Origin: the human T2T-CHM13v2.0 reference genome, Homo sapiens
Direction: 5' to 3' (one strand)
Assembly: GCF_009914755.1 (NCBI RefSeq)
Contig: NC_060942.1
DNA length: 64,000 bases
This document shows, piece by piece, positions 27,621 to 40,989 of this stretch. The notes below the pieces were generated by a model. The model was not told where the DNA came from. It did not search any database and saw only the letters and a list, made by a program, of their open reading frames with translations. Numbering within the stretch: the stretch's first letter is position 1; every line of letters starts with the position of its first letter. The position numbers and the translations under genes were made by a program.

Positions 27621-29870
27621 GTGCCATCATCATTATCTTCAACACTACTGAAGAAACAGTAAAATAATCAGTTTGGAAATTATGAATGACCCTAAACTGA
27701 ATTGGAGTTTAATTATATAGGTGATAGAAATAAAGATTGGAATAAGCAAATTAGAACATAAACTGGAAAATATTTAACAAATGTAAGAAAGCAAACTTTT
27801 GAATAATTTAATTATACTCATTTTACCATAATACTATGTATACATCAACAAATCTTAATTTGTATTAATTTGTAATAATATTAATTTCAATTTATAATAC
27901 TCATAATCCTTAAATTATATATTAGCTGAACAGTATATTATATATCCTTCCAGAAAATGCTATGAATATACATGCATTTGTATATGTATCTAATTTTTTT
28001 CTCATCAATAAAATAATATTATCCATACAGACTTCCACTTTTTCCCTCTACAATAAATCTCAGACATTTTAAAATGTGAGTTCATATGTATCCATCACCT
28101 TTCTTAATAGCAGCATTTTATTTCATATCAGTTTACCAATTTAGCCAGTACCCTACACAGACATTTCTTTTTTTCCCCAAGTTTTTTTTTTTTTTTTTGC
28201 TGCAAAATTAAAATACATAATGCTGTAATAGACATCCTTACACATAGGTAGAAAAAACTTGTAGAAGTGAAATTACCAAGACAAAGGCTATGTAAACTTA
28301 GCATTTTCAAAATTAAGGTCAAAGCGCTCTCCAAAAACTTTACAAGAATTTACCCTCCCATTAACAGCATATAAAAAAAAAAAAAAAGAAAAAGAAAAAC
28401 AACCTAGGCTTTTTTACACTTGCTTCTCCCAACTCTCTCTGTCTAGGCTTGTCCCAGGGCAGAAGGTACAATCCAGTCATACTAATAACTGATTTAAAGG
28501 GTCACCATTCAGCATTTAGCCATAATTCATGATAGTTCCTTGTAGTTATCTTCTGTTGTTGCTTAGTCTGAAACCATAAACAACGCTGGAGGTCAAAAAG
28601 TTCCTGCTTGTCCTAGGTTAGGTATATCAAGTTCCTCTAGTTGAAGGTCCCTTAACTATGTAGGAAGAGCTCCCCCACCCCTAAAAGAAAAAAGCAAAAG
28701 TAAACCAAACCAATCACAGATAAACTGAGTCAAGTCATCTTGTATGTACTGAATGTTTTTCTGCGTTAGGCTCAGCACTAGGGGGCTTTTCATACATTAT
28801 CTATTTTAGGTTCTACGTATTTTTGAGGAAGCCCCCCAGATTGCCGAATTATACCTGGGAAAACGAGAACTGGTGTCCCACCCCCCACCCACCGCATCCA
28901 ATGAAGTGCTGCTTTCAATCAGCAAAAACAGGCCATCCCACTATCAGCCAGAAATCCCTATTAACAGCCGTTTCTGAAATAACTGATGTTCTCCGTGTGA
29001 CTCTGAGGCTTGGTGAGATATTTAAGTGTCTTTTAAGTCATTAGAAGAGATAAATATGTGTTCAGTATAGTTGTGGTGTCAAGTATATTTTGTTGTATTT
29101 GAATTCTATAAAAATCTGTTGTGGAAAAGTGGTCTATTGGGTATTCCCAGATTAAATAGAATGTTGAACTAACCAGAATACGTCACTCTTCTAGCTGCCT
29201 GGGGGTTTACTGCACTTAAGATAAACTGGGATTTACCATATTACTCAGCCCTGATCTTGGCATCATAAATCTTCTCTTCACTTCACTCTCACTGTCACAC
29301 TGAGCGAAAGAATAGAGGCCCCCTCTCCCAGGATAAAAAAATGTGAAAAAGGGTAATTTCCCATCATTCTCCCTAAAAAGAATCCCATGTAAGACTGTTG
29401 AATCCACCCTAAATAATAATCTCCAAATTAACAATTACCACCCTGAGATGAGAGCAAATAAAAAATTGGATTGGAATGCAGAGCTTGACAAAATGATTCC
29501 ATGCCACGGGACATTCTCTGTGATTTGCGAATACAAATGATAGCCCATTCTTTATTTAAAACATCTTTTCTAAGGTCAGGTTTTTGAAACTTAATCTACA
29601 TCTTCTCTCTAAATTAATAAGGTTAGATCCCAAGTACAAAGGAATGTCCCATGAAGTATCAGAAGCTGGACACCAATAGTATTGTGAGATATAAGTCAAC
29701 ATTTAAAGTCCACTTTTCACTTTCAGATGGCAGGGACACAATTGCCACCCAGCCCATGCTCCCTGCAAGGGAAGAAGGGATTCTCCCTTCCTGAGGGTCA
29801 AGCCCCTGGAGATTGTTCTCAACCCTAGAAACCATGGGCCTGCCCCAGTAAGTGAAAGTCTTATTTTACT

Positions 29871-30556
29871 TTATTTATTTTTTAAAATTTTACTTTAAGT
29901 TCTGGGATACATGTGCACCATGTACAGGCTTGTGACATAGGTAAACGTGTGCCATGGTGGTTTGCTGCACCTATCAACCATCACCTAGGTATTAAGCCCC
30001 ACATGCATTAGCTATTTATCCTGATGCTCTCCCTCTCCTCGCCCACCCTCAACAGGCTCCAGTGTGTTGTTCCCCTCCCTGTGTCCATGTGTTCTCATTG
30101 TTCAGCTCCCATTTATAAGTGAGAACATGCAGTGTTTGGTTTTCTGTTCCTGTGTTAGTTTGCTGAGGATGATGGCTTCCAGCTTCATCTATGTCCCTGC
30201 AAAGGACATGATCTTATTCCTTTTTATGGCTGCATAGTATTCCATGATGTACATGTACCACATTTTCTTTATCCAGTCTATCATTGAGGGGCATTTGGGT
30301 TGGCTCCATGTCTTTGCGATTGTGAATAGTACTGCAATAAACATACATGTGCATGTATCTTTATAACAGAATGATTTATATTCCTTTGGGTATATACCCA
30401 GTAATGGGATTGATGGCTCAAATGGTATTTCTGGTTCTAGATCCTTGAGGAATCGCTATACTATCTTCCACAATGGTTCAACTAATTTACATTCCCACCA
30501 ACAGTGTAAAAGCATTCCTATTTCTCCACAGCCTTGCCAGCATCTGTTGTTTTTTG
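29871..30556 (-). mobile_element. 5'-truncated L1PA (older PA subfamily) 3' end
   Basis: actttaagttctgggatacatgtgca...gtgagaacatgcagtgtttggttttctgttcc...tcccaccaacagtgtaaaagcattcc; degenerate TSD aagtct(t)tatttta on both sides. Confidence 0.95.
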
Positions 30557-31139
30557 AAGTCTTTATTTTATTTATTTTTATTTTAGCAACTATAATAACT
30601 TGGTCTTCTAAGGACAGACCCATCTTCAACTGAATTCCACTTCTGAGGCAGAAAAAACTTTGTGAGATTCCAGTATATTCAAAAACAGTTAATTTGTATT
30701 CAGTAGTGTCACTAACCTACTCATATGAAAAAACACTTTGTGTGTATGAAATACATCACACTTTAAGTAGCTGAGGTGGGTTTCTGGTGAAATCACTCAT
30801 TGTAGGCATCCATGCATAAGCAGCTGCTTACTGAAGAAGTTAAGCCAGCCTTGGAGTTCAGGATAAGCCCTAAAGGTTTCTGATGTGTTAAGTGGAGATT
30901 CTGAAATCTGTGCCAGAGAGTAGGTTTTAGGCCGGTGCATTTGCAAATCACTGGAAAAAGCAGTGCATTTGAACCCCCTCAGGACAGACTGTTGCATGTG
31001 ATTAATTAATCTCTGACCAATCAGAAATAACTAAGCGTTGAGGCTGAAATATGAAATTAAAAAAGAAAATTGGCCTAGTCTTCATTTCTTTTGCATTATT
31101 AAAAAATAACCTACAAATACGTTTGTTACATTTAAATCA

Positions 31140-31625
31140 TCTACAGCCTGAGTGCCTCCTTCCTTCATTTGACAAACTACTCATTGAACCACTATGTGCA
31201 GGGTGCTCACCTAGGGCTTGGGAGCACTGTCGGGACTATGACAGGCATGGTCCCTGCTTTCATGGATCTGAAAGAATAAACAAGCACAGCATTGACTGTA
31301 TAGAAATATTCAGAGAATTAAAGTAGGGTGATAGGAGAGGGAATGATTGGGTGTTCCAGGGGAGCCTCTCAAAGGAAGTGACATTTAAGCTGAGATTTGA
31401 AAGGCAAGAAGGAGCCAGCCCTGGGAAAGTTAGGGGCAGTACAATGTAGGCAGAAATTACAAGTAGTGGAAGATCCCAAGGAGGGAGCAACCTGATGTGT
31501 TTGGAGGATCAGGAAGTCAGTTCGAGTGGCCCACAAGCAATGGGGGAGTGTGCAGTTGGTGAGAGCTGAGGCTTGAGAATCAGTGCGAAGGCAGTGTAAG
31601 ATTTTGGAAATCAGATCGAGAGCCT
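31140..31625 (-). mobile_element. L2 LINE fragment
   Basis: ttcatttgacaaactactcattgaaccactatgtgcagg...gagcctctcaaaggaagtgacatttaagctgagatttgaaaggcaagaaggagccagcc. Confidence 0.85.
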
Positions 31626-32499
31626 GGATATTATTCTAGGATGACGGGAAGTATTTGGGGTGATAAGACAAGCTAAAAAGCATGGCCCATACATCTTTTC
31701 CACAAAGACCCCAAACTAGAGAGATGGCCAACAAGATGGCAGGTGTCCTGAGGTGCACGTCTATCCCTTGGTGCCCCTCACCCAAAGAGCCAGACTCTTG
31801 AAAGCACTGATGGCAGCTGGCTCCTTGGAATGACATCACCAGGGGATACCACGGCCACAGCACTTGCCATTGCATCAGCTCCAACCTGGTCAAGACCTAC
31901 ATCATCAAGACCTCCTCCTTCACCCCTGCCCCAGCATCCAGACTTAATACAGCTTCTCACTCCTCCCCAGAAATGCTTCCCTGTCTACTTCTGCATTTTC
32001 AATACACAGAAGGGTTTTGTCCCCAAGCACTGACAGATTCCATACTTCTGTGTAACTAATTTTGGCCAAAAATATTTTCAATATCTTTGAAATTCTGAAT
32101 GCGTTTCATCAAGGAAACAAGGGTAATCAATTCTACAGCCATACTTGTTTCATGTATGAAGAGAAAAACTCCCAAATAACACCCCGTGATGAAACGTCAC
32201 ACTCAACCATTAAAGACCTATTTTTAGCAAAGTCAACCGCTGAGTTCTCAGCCAAATGAAAGGTCATGTGTTATCTGAGAAGCACATGTTACTGTGGTCA
32301 TCAAATTGCTAATCTGGGGCAAGGTATTCCATGGAAGATGCCTGTTATGAAAGGAGAGTGTACTGTAGTGATTACTGCTATTCAGAAATGAGGATCAATC
32401 TACAAAAATGATAAGGAGAACATGAACTTAACAACTACATTTCAAATGATGTTTTAAACATGTCCATTAAAGTGACATTTGTGTGTGTCTGTGTGTGAG

Positions 32500-32760
32500 T
32501 GTGTGTGTTAAGAACTCGTAACATGAGATTTGCTTATTCTTTATTCCTGTTGAAGGGCAACTCCCCATTTCTCTCTTCCCCTAGGCCCTGGCAACCACCA
32601 CTGTGTTCTCGGCTTCTGTGAATTTGGCTACTGTAGATGCTCATATAAGTGGAATCATGCAGTATTTGTCCTTCTGTGACTGGTTTATTTCACTGAGCAT
32701 GATGTCCTCAAGAATCATCCATGTAGTTGCATATGAAAATATTCTTAAGGCGGAGTAGTA

Positions 32761-32798
<38 letters not shown>

Positions 32799-32888
32799 CA
32801 CACACACACACACAAATACACACACACATATATATACACACACATATATATACACACACACACACATTTTCCGTATCCATTCATCTGT
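32500..32888 (-). mobile_element. L1M fragment containing a (TG)n-TATA-(CA)n microsatellite
   Basis: ccctggcaaccaccact...ctcatataagtggaatcatgcagtatttgtccttctgtgactggtttatttcactgagcat; microsatellite at 32761-32866. Confidence 0.85.
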
Positions 32889-33514
32889 GAAATGACATTC
32901 CTTGATATATATTATTAGTGGGCAAAAATGTGCCCTGAGGTTTCAGTATGGTGGTCCATATATCAAACATATGGTTCTAAAATGATATCATCACATCTAG
33001 CATGGTATTGAAAAGACTGATGTAGATTTATTTCCTCACTAGTATGACCTTAAGCAAGATATATTATATTCCTAAATCTTGGTTCTTCATCTGTAAAAAA
33101 TAAAAATAATCATATTCATCTTTCACAGGGCTGCTGTGATGATTAAATGAGATAAACCACACAACACAGCATATGACATAGTCACTGATATTCAATACAT
33201 ATGAGTTCCCTTTTCCTTTAGCTCTCTGCTCCCACAGTAATCCAAATTTTTGGCAAGCTAATAGTTTTTATTTTTCGATACAGTTATTAGCACCATCCAA
33301 TCCCATATAAACCACAAACAGGCTGGAATTTTTGTCTATTTGTTTGATGCTGAAGCAGAAAAGTGTCTGCCAGATAGTAGGTGCTCAATAAATAGCCATT
33401 GAATGAAATGAATGAATGGGAAGTTACACTGGAATGAGGCTGAATGTGAAGGTCAGTCAAATATCTTAGCAGAATTATTGGATATGTTTTTAATGGAAGA
33501 GATACATTTTTAAA

Positions 33515-33733
33515 CTTTTTTCTTTTTTTTTTTTTTGAGATGGAGTCTCACTCTATTGTCCAGGCTGGAGTGCAGTGGCATGATCTCGGCTCACTGCAAC
33601 CTCTGCCCCACAGGATTCAAGCAATTCTCCTGCCTCAGTCTCCCGAGTAGCTGGGATTACAGGCGTGCGCTACCACGCCCAGCTAATTTTTGTATTTTTA
33701 GTAGAGACGGGATTTCACCATGTTGGCCAGGCT
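33515..33733 (-). mobile_element. 5'-truncated AluS
   Basis: ttgagatggagtctcactct...tttcaccatgttggccaggctg, after which Alu similarity ends. Confidence 0.92.
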
Positions 33734-33767
33734 GTAATAATATAGTGATTATTATAGTATACTCTAT

Positions 33768-33850
33768 ACTGTAGCATAGAGATTGAGGTTGGCACATCTC
33801 ACATATGACTATGAATACCCAATCATTATGCTTATGAACTACAAAAAAAT
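33768..33850 (-). pseudogene. U13 (SNORD13) box C/D snoRNA retrocopy, 3'-truncated
   Basis: The minus strand reads atttttttgtagttcataagcataatgattgggtattcatagtcatatgtgagatgtgccaacctc. This matches my recollection of U13 (atccttttgtagttcatgagcgtgatgattgggtgttcatacgcttgtgtgagatgtgccaccct). Box C is altered and no terminal box D (CTGA) is present. Confidence 0.88.
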
Positions 33851-36394
33851 CAGCAGATAACTTACAAGTGCAGCCATGTTACAAAATAATTAAGTATAAA
33901 AACCATCTAATAAAGACAGCAGTGGTCCCACTAAACTCTGTGATATTTTAACCATAAACAAAGCATTAATGGAAAAAGTCTGATCCCAAGGGTTCCTGGA
34001 TCAGCAGTAGGTCAGTGATACCCAGGAGAGCAGGAACCATGGCGTATAAGGCTTGCCTTGGACTCAGCTTCAGGATCTGAGAGTCGGCCTGGGGAAGTCC
34101 TGGTAACCTGCAAGGTCACCTCTATAGAAGAGCCAGTGGTGGCAGGCATCGCCTCTCCAGCTCTTCCAGCTTATTTTCCCATGATAGTGCAGTGATATAT
34201 CATTTTAGAATTATGATTCTAGAATTATGTAGTCACATGGAGGGGGCATACCCAACATCACAGTGGATGGAAATCGACCAGAGTGACCCCAGAACACCAA
34301 GAAAACATCATAGTGGGGATGGAAACCTCCCTTGCTCACAAAGCTGGGGATTGGGAGCTAACTCTGCCACCAACAAGCTGTGTAGCTTTGGGTAAGTCAT
34401 TGAATCTTGGTCCAGCAGGCCTTGGTTTCATCATCTGTCATTTATCAATACAGGCCGCTTTCATCTCTATCTCCTCACTTCAGAAGTCCCATGCCTGGAC
34501 TGTGGCGGCCCTGGCTGGTATCCCTTCCCATGCCTTGCTGTTTTGGAAAAGTTACATGTGTAGAAACTACAGATGGTAGTAGGGGAGACAATAAGGAAGA
34601 AAAAGTCACTCCTTCACCTTCTTTTAAAGTACTATGCTCACAACTGCTCACATCTGGCACACTTCAATAGCAATCACTTGCAAGGTCCAAAAATCTTGAA
34701 CCATGAAAGTGAAAGAAGGAGCTTTATCTTCAAAAGGAAAATTAAAGACCTGGAGAGGACCACTTGGGACCTTTTTATTACACCTAGATAATGGCAGGTA
34801 TTATTGCTCTATGCAGCAGTATGTTTTTATGAATAGACTAACACACACCCTTAGGCTGTAAAATAGTGCTTTAGGATATAACATGTTGATTCAGATACAA
34901 AATAAAATACTGTTTGTATTGTAGGCTTTTAATGAAAAGTCTAAAAACACACCTATTTAACAAACCTCTATTTTTATAGGGCCTGCCTAAAAAAGCCTGC
35001 TTTAAAAAAAATCTAAGTATGGGTGGTCTCACACCTAGAAGTGGCACAAGAATCCTTTGTCAGACGACGTGTCTTAATTTTTGCCATGGAAAATGTGGTC
35101 ACCATAATTATAGCCCAGAGAAAATAAAAGGTTTTTAAAATTCCATGCAGGAGGGGAATAAGAGTTTGTTAGCATTCAATAAAACTATAATTTAACCAGC
35201 TTTTAGGTACAGCGGAATCAGCAGTTAAATTACAGCACTGGACAATTCTCTATTTTACCTTGTGGCTATTTGTCGAAGTGTCTTATTTCCTCTTGGAGAC
35301 CTAAGCTCCTTGGGAACAAATGCCAAGTTATCTGTATCCCTGTAACCTCTACCAGACCTGGTACACGGTTTGTTTTTTGTGTTCAATGAACCACAAAGAA
35401 TCTTTCAGGAAAAATCACTTGAGAAATATTTCAGAGTAAGAGGAAATCAATGCATAACTTGTTAAAAACTATTTTCTTAGGCTGAAAGATATTTCAAATA
35501 CACATTTTAAAAGGTTCATTTATGGAAAAAGTTCAGTTGTGCAGGCTCTGAAATGAGATTTAGCCAAGAAAAGCATCAATACTAATTAAGTATTGATAAA
35601 GAAGGAGGGGGGAGTTTAGCTAGGTAACTTAGTCACTTGGTTACTAAAACCTTCTTCTCGATGGAAAGAAACCATTAGAGATTGAGCGACTCATATTGAA
35701 GGAGGAGCTATAATGCAATCGTTTCTCTCTATGTATGGTCTTTTTTTTGGCTTTGAAATAAAAGGGTCAAAGGTAAATGAGCCTATTGAAAATTAATGAG
35801 AGCTGAACGCTGCATGCTGTTAATATGCTCACTTAACTCAGGCATCAAGAAAGAACCGTGCGGCCCTTTATCATACGGGATAAAATACAAAAGCCTTTAT
35901 ATACAATTTTTGTTTGTCAATTAAAAATAACTAAATAAAAATTTTAAAAACTTTTTTAAATAAAAGCTTTCCAGGAAGGTTGGGCGCAGAAGGACCTGAA
36001 GTTTCCTGCACATGGAAACATCATAGTTATGAGTTTTTCTCAGCTTGGATTTCCTGTATTTCTCAGATTTCTTAACTCCACAGTGCAACTTACTTTCCCT
36101 CTAACCATGAATATGCATCAATCAGAAATTCCAATATTTTAGCATCTGAACTCCATCTTCCTAACTGCATCTCATCATCAGAAGTAGCCAAAAAAAGGTC
36201 TTCTTCAAATCTATCTTCTTCACGTTTTGATTTCTTGCAACAGAAATAGGATGACGATAAATACAGGTGAGAGAAAATAATGTTTTCCCGAAATAGGTAA
36301 GAAAGTTATGGCTTGTTGACATGTGGCTGCCAAACACACATGGGTGGAAATCGATTTGAAGGGTTTGGGTCTGTGTAAAGATGCTGCATGACCT

Positions 36395-36570
36395 TCAGAG
36401 TCCAACCCGGCTAAGCGCCCCCTGCCACTTCCTAGCTGTGTGACCACTGACAAATCGTTCACTTTCTTTGAGCTGCTGTCTCCTGGTCTGAAAATGGAGC
36501 AAATGCTCGTACCTGCTACAGGTGTTCAGGGCTCAGACAGTGCAAGTCACAAGCTTATAGCAGCACCGTG
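36395..36570 (+). mobile_element. MIR SINE
   Basis: ctgccacttcctagctgtgtgaccactgacaaatcgttcactttctttgagc...tctgaaaatggag. Confidence 0.7.
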
Positions 36571-36807
36571 TCTGTCATGTGGTGAGAACCCACTACATGG
36601 TGGCTATTTCTGGTGTCATCTTCTGCAGCAATTTGTCCTGCTTGAATTGTGCAGAATGCAATCAAATGCCAAACTCTTCTTGCATTTTCAGTGACAATCC
36701 TCTGGTGACAGCTACCTCAGAGGACGGTGTCTGTGAGGCGCCAGTCACTCCTACAGTTGACTCCCCCATGTCCACGTCTGCTCAATCAGGGGAACGGTCA
36801 CAGCAGG

Positions 36808-36896
36808 AACAGAAAAGGGAAGGGAGAGAGGAAAGGAGGGAGGGAAAAAGGGAGAGAAAGGAGGAAGAAAGGAAGAAGGAAGTGAGGGAGGAGGAA
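36808..36896. repeat. GA-rich low-complexity tract
   Basis: ggaagggagagaggaaaggagggagggaaaaagggagagaaagg... Confidence 0.8.
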
Positions 36897-37342
36897 GCTT
36901 TCATAAGATGATGTAATATTCAATTTCCCATCCTCATTCTTTGCCAATCGTCACCAAATATTTTGAATTCAAATGAAAAGCATGTTAGTCAGACATTGAG
37001 GGGTGAACCTGTCCCCTGTGAGAGAGCATAGTTTTGTTGGCAAATGGGAGTGGAGAGTAGAAAAGAAATATAAAACAAACAGAGACTCCAGTTAAACTGA
37101 TCTGTCTTCCTCAGTCTGGTGTGGGATTTTCTCCATTGAAAATTTCTGTTTCTTAATATTGTATCATAAGGTGGATTTTATTTGAGCTTTTCAGGTTATT
37201 TGGTCTTTCTTTTGTAAGAAAGTAGTTTATTTGTTTTCACAACAAAGCAGAGTGGCTTCTGGTTGAGGAAGGAGAGAACTATGAGTTGAAGGAAGACGGT
37301 TTTGCATGACTATGCTATGCCCCTGTATACGCAAAGATGTAG

Positions 37343-39272
37343 AGACACACACACACAGACATACACACACACACACACACAGAGACACACACAGACACAC
37401 ACAAACACACACAGACACACACTGACATAGAGACACACACACAGACACACACTGACACAGAGACACACATAGACACAGAGACACACACAGACACACACTG
37501 ACACAGACACAGAGACACACACACAGACACAGAGACACACACAGACACACACTGACATAGACACACACAGACACCCATTGACACACAGACACACATAGAC
37601 ACAGAGACACACACAGACACACACTGACACACAGACACAGAGACACACACAGACACACACTGACAGAGACACACACAGACACACATTGACACACAGACAC
37701 ACATAGACACAGACACACATTGACACACAGACACACATAGACACAGACACACATTGACACACAGACACATAGACACAGAGACACACACACAGACACACAC
37801 TGACACACAGACACAGAGACACACACACAGACATACACAGACACACACAGACACAAAGACACAACAGACACAGACACACACACTGACACACAGAGACACA
37901 CACACACAGACACACACAGACACAGGGACACACACAGACACACACTGACACAGAGACACACAGACACAGAGACACAGACACACACTGACACAGAGACACA
38001 CAGACACACACACAGACATACACAGACACACATAGACACAGAGACACACACAAAGACACACAGTGACACACAGACACAGAGACACACACACAGACATACA
38101 CAGACACACACAGACACAGAGACACACACAGACAGACACAGACACACACAGACACAGTGACACACAGACACAGAGACACACACACAGACACACAGTGACA
38201 CACAGACACAGAGACACACACACAGACATACACAGACACACACAGACACAGAGACACACACAGACAGACACAGACACACACAGACACAGTGACACACAGA
38301 CACAGAGACACACACACAGACACACAGTGACACACAGACACAGAGACACACACACAGACACACAGTGACACACAGACACAGAGACACACACACAGACATA
38401 TACAGACACACACAGACACAGAGACACACACTGACACAGAGACACACACAGACACACACTGACACACAGACACAGAGACACCCACAGACATACACAGACA
38501 CACACAGACACACACTGACATACAGACACAGACATACAAAAGACACACACACTACACAACACATGCACACATAGAGACACACAAATGCACACACACAACA
38601 CACACACAGACCCATGTACAGGCACAGACACAGAGACGCAGACACACACACCACACACATCACATAGACACATACACAGACACGCACAACACACAGACAC
38701 ACACAACACACACACTACACAACACATGCACACAGAAACACACAGACAAATGCACACACACAACACACACAGACACATGCACAGACACAGAGACACACAC
38801 ATATACTACACAACATGCACACACAAGACACACAGGCACACAGACACAGAGACACACACAACACACACAGACATGCATAGACACACACAACACACACAGC
38901 CATAAACATACAAACACTACACAACATAGGCACATACACAGAGACACACGCAGACAAATGCACATAGACAACACACACAGAGACACATGCATACACAGAC
39001 ACAGAGACACACACAACACACAGACACATGCACAGACCCACACACACAGATACCACACAACACACACACAGATACAGACACAACATAGACACACATACAA
39101 CACATGCACAGACACATACACAGAGACACACACATACACGCAGACACATGTACACAGACATACACACAGGTACAGACACGCAGACACACTACATATGCAC
39201 AGACACACAGACACTGGCACAGAAACACATGGAGATGACACAGACATAAACACACAGACGCACACGTATACA
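37343..39272. repeat. ~1.9-kb compound (CA/GA) tandem array with higher-order structure
   Basis: cacacagacacagagacacac variants; a 132-bp period is visible (cagtga at 38061, 38193, 38325); the array is more degenerate after ~38540. Confidence 0.97.
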
Positions 39273-40112
39273 CCATAGTGGGGCTCATCCCACTTCTGTG
39301 CTGTGAGTGGCATAATCTCTTATTTCCTTTTTCAATCAAGAAACCCTGACATTTCCAACCACCACACATGGGGTAAATACGGTAGCACGGACCAAAACCG
39401 TAACAAACAAAACAACGCGCACACATGCACACACACACACGCACACACACACACACGAAGGATATTTTCAAGCAAGCCAGTCTCTCATGAACTTTTCAAG
39501 GCTCAGCTCGTAACCTTAGTTCCAGACGTATACCTCTGACTGTTTCCAACATGTTCCTGTTTTGTTTGTTTGGGTTTACTTGCCTTCGTTCTGCAGGAAG
39601 CCCTCACAGATATGACAGGGTGATTTAATTCTGCACAAACCTCGCCTCCCTCAGTTCTTAGAATGAAGATAGATACCACTACCGGTATTCTTAGAGTTAG
39701 ACTTACACAGCCTCCCACACCAAACAGAGTGAAGCAGAACCCACATTTCACTGGAATCCTTACTTTTAGGTATTTGCAGGTTTTTCTTTATGACACAGGA
39801 AACCAAATATGAGGTACCATTGCAGATAGTAATAAATGGGCTTCTAAAATGTTCCCAGTGGCTGGCAGAACAATAATTGATTTATATCCCAAAAGGGGCA
39901 ATACATCTGACCCCTTACACTTTGTAAAGGAAAGGAAGATTCTAGACACTCTTTTGTCAGGTGTTCAAATTTATTCAGGACAACAGATTGTCAAAGCCAT
40001 CTTTGAAGGGACTGGCAAAAGTTTCTCCCTACACTCCTGCGTATAAGACAGTCAAGAGCCAAAAATGATAGAGTTGGCAGTGGGCCATGGGATGGGAAAA
40101 CAAATCAAGCTT

Positions 40113-40413
40113 TATTTTTTGTTTTGTTTTCTTTTAGAGCCAGGGTCTTGCTCTATCACTCAGGCTGGAGTGCAATGGTGCAACATAGCTCAACACGGGT
40201 GGGAGAAAACTCATCAACTCCTGGGAAAAAGTGATTCTCCCACCTCAGTTTCCCAAATAGCTGGGACACGCCTGGTTAATTTTTTAATATTTTTATAGAG
40301 ATGGGGTCTCGCTAGGTTGCCTAGGCTGGTCTTGAACTCCTGGGCTCAAGTGATCCTCCCACCTCAGCCTTCCAAAGTGCTGAGATACAGGCATGAGCCA
40401 CTGCGCCTGGGCC
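40113..40413 (-). mobile_element. AluJ with internal rearrangement
   Basis: cagggtcttgctctatcactcaggctggagtgc...gaactcctgggctcaagtgatcctcccacc...gagccactgcgcctgggcc; foreign segment at ~40192-40215. Confidence 0.92.
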
Positions 40414-40989
40414 AAATTGAGCTTTGAATGAAGGGGTCCATTCCTATGGAGCTAATGAATCCGCTGCATCCTCAGCTCCAGCAGGCACGGGATGTTTGAA
40501 ACAAGCCAGGCATAACCTGCACCAAATGGGCAATGTGCAGGCAGCATTACGGAGCAGAAGTCAAGTGACAGGCTGGGGGGTCCACGGTCTTGATGATTTC
40601 TGCTCCTGCTGCTACGCTGATAGCCAGTTTACTGACGTACACATAGAGACCACTCTTAACCGCAGGCTGAATTGTCCCTACCAAGCTATCTGCACCTTGA
40701 GCATATAACAAACCATTGTGAGAAAAGTTAAATTTTTTTCACCCAATTCTGACATTTAAGACTTTCTGTAAGATGGCCAAAATGTCTTAAGACCCAAATT
40801 CCTGAAAGTCTTTCAAAAGACGCTAGTCAATTCATCCTTATAACCCTCCCTTTTCCCACCGCCCCTAATAGAAAGTACCTTGGGGGAATCTCCTTTGGTT
40901 AATACATAAGTAAATTAAGGAGATGACTTTCCATGATTTTACGGAATCAGTGACTCTTAAATAAATCTCTTTAAAAAGGAAATAAATGT

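Noticed and set aside
37227-39471. 400-500-aa Cys/Val-rich and Thr/His-rich ORFs
   Set aside because: Open in several frames because the CA/GA array lacks stop codons; not metallothionein- or keratin-associated-like genes
39597-39625. + strand acceptor followed by EALTDMTG, vaguely calpain-like
   Set aside because: Only 8 residues before a stop or weak donor, with no other calpain-like exons; probably chance
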